A stretch of DNA of 53,396 nt from Candidatus Tayloriibacteriota bacterium (GTDB lineage: Bacteria; Patescibacteriota; Minisyncoccia; Phycocordibacterales; PALSA-1337), in contig CAITNV010000023.1 in NCBI GenBank assembly GCA_903893855.1, positions 1-53,396 of the forward strand, written 5' to 3'. Numbering within the stretch: position 1 is the stretch's first letter; the number at the start of each line of letters is the position of its first letter. A program made the position numbers and the translations under genes. The notes beneath the pieces were generated by a model. The model saw nothing but the letters and a program-made list of their open reading frames with translations. It had not been told where the DNA came from and made no database searches. Below, one piece after another: positions 49,029-53,396 of this stretch.

Positions 49029-49584
49029 GCCCCGCTGCGACTTTGATCTCGAGAGATCGTTGTCGCTGCGGGGCTGGGTGAAGTGCGCCTTATTTTGATG
49101 TCAGTCTAATCCATTCGTCGGTGCTGTGGGGTAGCACCTGTACGAGCGAATTTAGACCTAAACCGACTCGCCGCATGCCATAAGAGGGCAGCCAATAAAC
49201 GGCGGCGTAGTCGGAGAAACATCATCCGATGATAGGGCGGTCAATCACCACGTCTGTGGATGTCGGCTAATATGCTGACGGGACTGCAAGCAGCCCGTGC
49301 TGATAGCTAGCCGTCACTGGGCCCGCCGCTCAGAACAATTTTTGGGCGGGGCCGGTGGACATCCGGGATCGGCGGCCGGGGTCGGCGCCGTGAATCGAGG
49401 CCGGGGAGACATTATATTTTTGGAAGGTGCCGAGACAGGGACGGGACGGGTCTTTCATTTGGAGGCCTTTTTGTTGGGTGGAGCACACTGGCTTGTATAC
49501 TTCACCTTGTTATTTTGCCGTTTGATCGGGTGAATACACTATAACGCTGGTCCCTCAGTAGGGGGCGTACCGGATCAAGATTGA
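49029..49584 (-). ncRNA. candidate large structured RNA or leader with two possible sORFs (49330..49458, 49106..49225)
   Basis: GC-rich chain of hairpins; 46-nt terminal hairpin at 49029-49074; putative promoter lies beyond IS30 element B. Confidence 0.35.
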
Positions 49585-50636
49585 TCTCCCCACCTTTAAA
49601 TACGAAGGGTTGGTATCATTGAATATATGGCTAACAAAAAGAAGCACCTGTCGGATCAGGAGAGATTTTGTATCGAAAAAATGCTTGGAGTTGGAGATAG
49701 TTTTGGAAAGGTTGCGCACACTCTCGGGAGAGGTCTGTCCACCATAAGCGAAGAGGTAAACAGTAATGGAGGAAGGAACGCATATACTGCAGAGAAAGCA
49801 ATACGGAGAGCATACTGGAAGCAGTATCGGAAGAAGCGAAACTGTAACAAAGTAGCTCTCGATGGACACCTTACAAAGTTTGTAGAGAAGAAACTAGAAA
49901 AAGGATGGTCACCCGAGAGTATATCATCTCGGCTTGAAGTACAATCAGGACTTGCATATGCAAGTGCCAAAAGCATCCGCAAGTTCATCAGCAGACGACC
50001 GGGACTTGAGAGATTCCTCTTCTGGGAAAGAAATGATGTGAAAAGCGGTCCCAAAAGAGGAAACAAAATATTTCTCACTGATCCAGAACGTAAATTCATA
50101 GAACTACGCCCTCTCAGGGCTCTCTATGAGTATGGGCATTGGGAAATGGACTTCATTGTATCGAAACACAATGCATGGGTGCTTCTTGTCTGTGTTGAGA
50201 AGTACAGCAAAATACTCAAGCTTGCGCTCATTCCGAACAGAACCACTGACGTGGTACATGAGACCCTTAGGGAGCTTCTTGGGGGATATACCATCAAAAG
50301 CATTACCACTGACAATGATATCGCTTTCAGACAGTGGAGAGAGCTTGAGAGTATACTCTGTACTCATATCTACTTCTGTCACCCCTACCATTCATGGGAA
50401 AAGGGACTGGTGGAGAATACCAACAGATGGATCCGTGAGTTCATACCAAAAAAGACCAACTTGGGGTTGATCTCTTCTGGATTCATTACTGATATTGAAA
50501 ATTACTTTAATCACAAACCGAGGGAGTGTCTCGGAGGATATACCGCATACGAAGTGATGATGAAAAAAGAGTGTGGTAGAATGGTCGAATCATTAGAAAT
50601 TAATTTACCTAGTCTTCGTATTATGGGGTAGGGAGA
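49585..50636 (+). mobile_element. IS30-family insertion sequence (element B)
   Basis: Imperfect 30-bp IRs (22/30 match): tctccccacctttaaatacgaagggttggt versus reverse complement of 50607-50636; exact ends +/-3 bp. Confidence 0.85.
49627..50631 (+). CDS. IS30 transposase (intact)
   Basis: N-terminal HTH, WSPESIS, HWEMDF, ITTDND, YFCHPYHSWEKGLVENTN. Confidence 0.93.
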   Translation: MANKKKHLSDQERFCIEKMLGVGDSFGKVAHTLGRGLSTISEEVNSNGGRNAYTAEKAIRRAYWKQYRKKRNCNKVALDGHLTKFVEKKLEKGWSPESISSRLEVQSGLAYASAKSIRKFISRRPGLERFLFWERNDVKSGPKRGNKIFLTDPERKFIELRPLRALYEYGHWEMDFIVSKHNAWVLLVCVEKYSKILKLALIPNRTTDVVHETLRELLGGYTIKSITTDNDIAFRQWRELESILCTHIYFCHPYHSWEKGLVENTNRWIREFIPKKTNLGLISSGFITDIENYFNHKPRECLGGYTAYEVMMKKECGRMVESLEINLPSLRIMG

Positions 50637-50655
50637 GGAACCTTTCTTGCAAGAA

Positions 50656-50684
50656 TTGATAACATATTTTGACAATAAAGTCAA
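50656..50684 (-). promoter_or_regulatory. sigma70-like promoter now firing into IS30 element B
   Basis: TTGACT-17-TGtTATCAA followed by GCAAGAAAGGTTCCTCT at the IS end. Confidence 0.55.
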
Positions 50685-50730
50685 CAAAATTTAAAATAAT
50701 TACCATAAGGCGAACTTAAGAAACGTAACC

Positions 50731-51513
50731 CTACGGCTGATACGCTTTCACATGTAAGATCTTATCTACAGTTACAAAGGTATACCCTTTCGCACGCAGG
50801 TCCTCAATAAGGGTCGATAACGCTTCAATTGTATTATTTCGAGAATATGATGCACCAGTTTCGTGCCCATCGTGGAAGAGGATTATATTGTTTGGACGGA
50901 TATTATTCATAACCGTAGCGATGATTGTAGTTGAAGAATTAGTATTGACCCAATCTTTCGTATCGATATCCCAACCGACTACCGTATACCCTTCATGTTC
51001 AATCTCCCCCACCATATTTGGACTTGTTGCGCCATACGGAGCCCTGAACAATTCTGGAATGAGGCCGGTTGTGGTAGCGATAATTTCTTCAGCACGACTG
51101 ACATCGACTCGTAACGTAGTCGTCGCTTCGCTCGGCAAAGCGCGTGTGTGACTAAAGCTATGATTCCCTACAACGTCGCCGTCTGCGATTTCTCTTCGTA
51201 TTTCGTCGGGGTGCAGTTTGGCATTTTTACCAATTAAAAAGAAAGTTGCCGGCACCTTCTCGCGTTCAAGGATAGTTAAAATAGCATCGGTGCTTGTGCC
51301 GTATGGCCCATCGTCAAATGTGAGAGCGACGTATTTTGGTAGCTGGATTTTAGTTGATAGCGAAATTTTGCTGCCATTTTCCTCAATAGAAGATATTGTT
51401 GGTTCGGCACCCATCATATGCAGATGAGCGAATGCTGGCACCAATAAAATAACAAAAACTGCAATCGATATTATTAGGACAAAACCACCGCCGTTTTTGT
51501 CTATTTTTTCCAT
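50731..51513 (-). CDS. polysaccharide deacetylase (NodB/CE4), membrane-anchored
   Basis: ALTFDDGP, GNHSFSH, FRAPYG, ILFHDG. Confidence 0.93.
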   Translation of the reverse strand: MEKIDKNGGGFVLIISIAVFVILLVPAFAHLHMMGAEPTISSIEENGSKISLSTKIQLPKYVALTFDDGPYGTSTDAILTILEREKVPATFFLIGKNAKLHPDEIRREIADGDVVGNHSFSHTRALPSEATTTLRVDVSRAEEIIATTTGLIPELFRAPYGATSPNMVGEIEHEGYTVVGWDIDTKDWVNTNSSTTIIATVMNNIRPNNIILFHDGHETGASYSRNNTIEALSTLIEDLRAKGYTFVTVDKILHVKAYQP

Positions 51514-51725
51514 CGTGGGGCGAATCGTATCATAAAAGTAAAGAACTTCGCTTTGAAAATATTCATTCCGCTTTTGCGCATGCTTTCATAGCAAACCTTC
51601 TGGAACTCTTTTACGTCATTACCCTTGTAGCACAGAGCGCCGTCTTTGAAGCAAAGACTACAATATTTATCTGATTCACGCTTCCCTGTATCCTTAGCAA
51701 ATGGCATAAGGCAACTTTCACACAT
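51501..51725 (-). CDS. small zinc-ribbon protein
   Basis: CESCLMP...YCSLCFKDG...PRWK; alternative start at 51737. Confidence 0.8.
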   Translation of the reverse strand: MCESCLMPFAKDTGKRESDKYCSLCFKDGALCYKGNDVKEFQKVCYESMRKSGMNIFKAKFFTFMIRFAPRWKK

Positions 51726-51781
51726 TGTATTTTTCATTTGTTTATCTGTATATTATAATGACTATATTGTACACTTCTCGC

Positions 51782-52795
51782 ATGGATCATCAACCTTCAT
51801 TTGAACAAATTATCGGTGGGACTCAGGAAGATCAAGACGCACTGAGAATTAAAGCCGCTAAAGCAACAGAGCGAGGCATAGAAGAAAAATATGAACAATA
51901 CATTGTCGAAAGAACCTCATCAGAAGATGCGGCTATTAAAAGTGCAGTATCTTATACGAGTGAGGTAGCCCGACAGTATGGATCGACTAAGCAAGTCGAT
52001 GAAAAAAGAATATTTTTATTGAAATCGGGAGCAATTCAAGAGGTTAGTAAGAATGATATGAGGAAGGGGTTTCATGATCCATTCAATCAGATTATTGCTG
52101 TCGATAGATACGAATCAATCGCAGTACTCGCAGTAAGAGTCGCCCATGAACTTTTTCATATGCATAGCTATCACTCAGCTCAAATATTTCAAGACACTAA
52201 TAGTGCCATATACCGAAGTGGGATAGGGATGTTAGGTCGAGAACAAGAGTGGGCATATTTTTCTTTTGCAGAAGAAGCTATTATTGCAACACTTTCAAAA
52301 CGATTTTTCGATGAAGTGATATGTCACGATCCACTCTATGAAGAGGATATCAGATATACCGGCTTGATTAAAGATTGGATAATTAATAATATAAAAGAGG
52401 CTGAATTACCTGAGGATAAAATGAGTTCCCGCATGTCATTCATACAAGAAATACTTATTTTTCCGAATGGTAAAAGCGTGTTTGAAGTATTAATTGATCA
52501 AGAAAAAAAATTCGCCATCAAATTGGGTTATTTTAGTGATAGGTATGAAAAAGAACTCAAGCAAGGAAACATTATGCGAGAGCGACGTAAAGAACGTGAA
52601 GCGTTTTCGATCGTGCTCGATAGAATAATATATCAATCGAAAGGTGCCATAACAAACAAAGAAATCCTATTTGATGCTTTTGCTCGAGCACACTTTACTG
52701 GCAACTATATTCCTCTCGCTAGACTTATTGATGGGGCTCTCGGTAAAGGCTCGTTCAGAGCAATTGCAACCGAACTAGGGGAAAAGTATGACTAA
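51782..52795 (+). CDS. hypothetical protein with HExxH metallopeptidase-like motif
   Basis: VAHELFH plus downstream EEA; leaderless-type start (TACACT, 6 nt, ATG). Confidence 0.7.
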   Translation: MDHQPSFEQIIGGTQEDQDALRIKAAKATERGIEEKYEQYIVERTSSEDAAIKSAVSYTSEVARQYGSTKQVDEKRIFLLKSGAIQEVSKNDMRKGFHDPFNQIIAVDRYESIAVLAVRVAHELFHMHSYHSAQIFQDTNSAIYRSGIGMLGREQEWAYFSFAEEAIIATLSKRFFDEVICHDPLYEEDIRYTGLIKDWIINNIKEAELPEDKMSSRMSFIQEILIFPNGKSVFEVLIDQEKKFAIKLGYFSDRYEKELKQGNIMRERRKEREAFSIVLDRIIYQSKGAITNKEILFDAFARAHFTGNYIPLARLIDGALGKGSFRAIATELGEKYD

Positions 52796-52850
52796 TTGAC
52801 GTGAGCACACAGAATTCCCTCGCCGTCTTTAATCTCCCTATTACTCATGG

Positions 52851-53216
52851 CTAATACCCATTTTCACTCAGGATTCGATCGATATCTTTTGCGAGATCTG
52901 TCGTCGACGGATCTGATTTTGCATTATTTTCAAGGCCCAGAAAATCACCGATTCCGTCTTGGTGATATTCTGGATGATTAGATAATAATTTTACAGTTGC
53001 GATTTTAATTTCGGCAAGAATATACGCGTGGTTTGGAAGAACTGGCGACCCTAGGTCTTGATCAATCATCGCATTAGCTTCACTATGACATTGATCTGAG
53101 TATTTGCGCATCATTTCTATTGCCTCAGGCGCCATATACTCATGATCGTCGAGAACACGAATTACGCCCTCTTCAGTTAGTGGCATCTTTTCGCCAGATT
53201 CAAAAGTTTTATCCAT
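52851..53216 (-). CDS. hypothetical acidic protein
   Basis: ORF with TATACT, 6 nt, ATG start. Confidence 0.65.
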   Translation of the reverse strand: MDKTFESGEKMPLTEEGVIRVLDDHEYMAPEAIEMMRKYSDQCHSEANAMIDQDLGSPVLPNHAYILAEIKIATVKLLSNHPEYHQDGIGDFLGLENNAKSDPSTTDLAKDIDRILSENGY

Positions 53217-53305
53217 GTGATAAGTATACTCTTAACTATCGATAAATAAAATGTGTTACAAAATTCCACAAAAAAACCGCGAAAACGCGGCTGTGAGCTA
53301 AGCAC

Positions 53306-53395
53306 TTACTGAACCAAGACTGCCCGATACGCAATGCTCTTTGGTCTGAAATCAGCAAGTGACCAGAGATCAGGGTAAAACTGACCGCCAATAAA
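53306..53395 (-). CDS. 3' end of a gene running off the window
   Basis: Open frame ...FIGGQFYPDLWSLADFRPKSIAYRAVLVQ* followed by ccgcg/cgcgg terminator with a U tract. Confidence 0.5.
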   Translation of the reverse strand, partial: FIGGQFYPDLWSLADFRPKSIAYRAVLVQ

Positions 53396-53396
53396 C

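Noticed and set aside
32270-49563. 9-mer CCCTACTGA recurring at ~32271, ~45667 and ~49555, and CCCTCAGTA near both IS
   Set aside because: Orientation relative to transcripts is inconsistent and the similarity does not extend; compatible with chance
49029-49584. tmRNA or RNase P RNA
   Set aside because: No tRNA-like ends with TTCGA arm, no tag frame ending in AA-stop, and no GAGGAAAGTCC-type RNase P core on either strand
1-53396. CRISPR array, integron attC sites, prophage
   Set aside because: No regularly spaced repeats, no GTTRRRY/RYYYAAC-bounded palindromes between cassettes, and no integrase, terminase or capsid genes; the baseplate-J-like gene is isolated in core context
1-53396. Alternative genetic code (UGA=Gly, code 25)
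   Set aside because: All core genes are full-length under code 11, and several accessory ORFs end at TGA just before terminators

Overview
Chromosomal window from a small-genome bacterium, most likely Patescibacteria/CPR (Parcubacteria-like). This is inferred from the shortened AlaRS, UvrA and UvrC, a NUDIX-containing LeuRS, an ATP-cone/Mrr protein, split transketolase and typical CPR conserved hypotheticals; translation table 11. The minus-strand backbone carries infA-rpmJ-rpsM-rpsK-rpsD, alaS, pepF, mnmA, mltG, leuS, ychF, zwf, ddl, uvrCAB, tkt/rpe/rpiB and tRNA-Ala(TGC). About 20 self-contained accessory units are interspersed. The main observation is a two-tier expression grammar. Many core genes look leaderless (-10 hexamer 6-7 nt before ATG). 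Accessory ORFans instead sit in cassettes of TTGACA promoter, boxA-like motif, often a long hairpin, AAAGG/AGGAG SD, ORF and intrinsic terminator. Two different IS30 elements are inserted in this leader motif, both antisense to the promoter. Also present: a dispersed 3-member ORFan paralog family, three candidate structured ncRNAs, a VPDSG-CTERM-like surface protein (possible host-derived gene) and several small ORFs missed by the ORF track, including a metallothionein-like 29-mer. No CRISPR array, integrase or prophage was seen.
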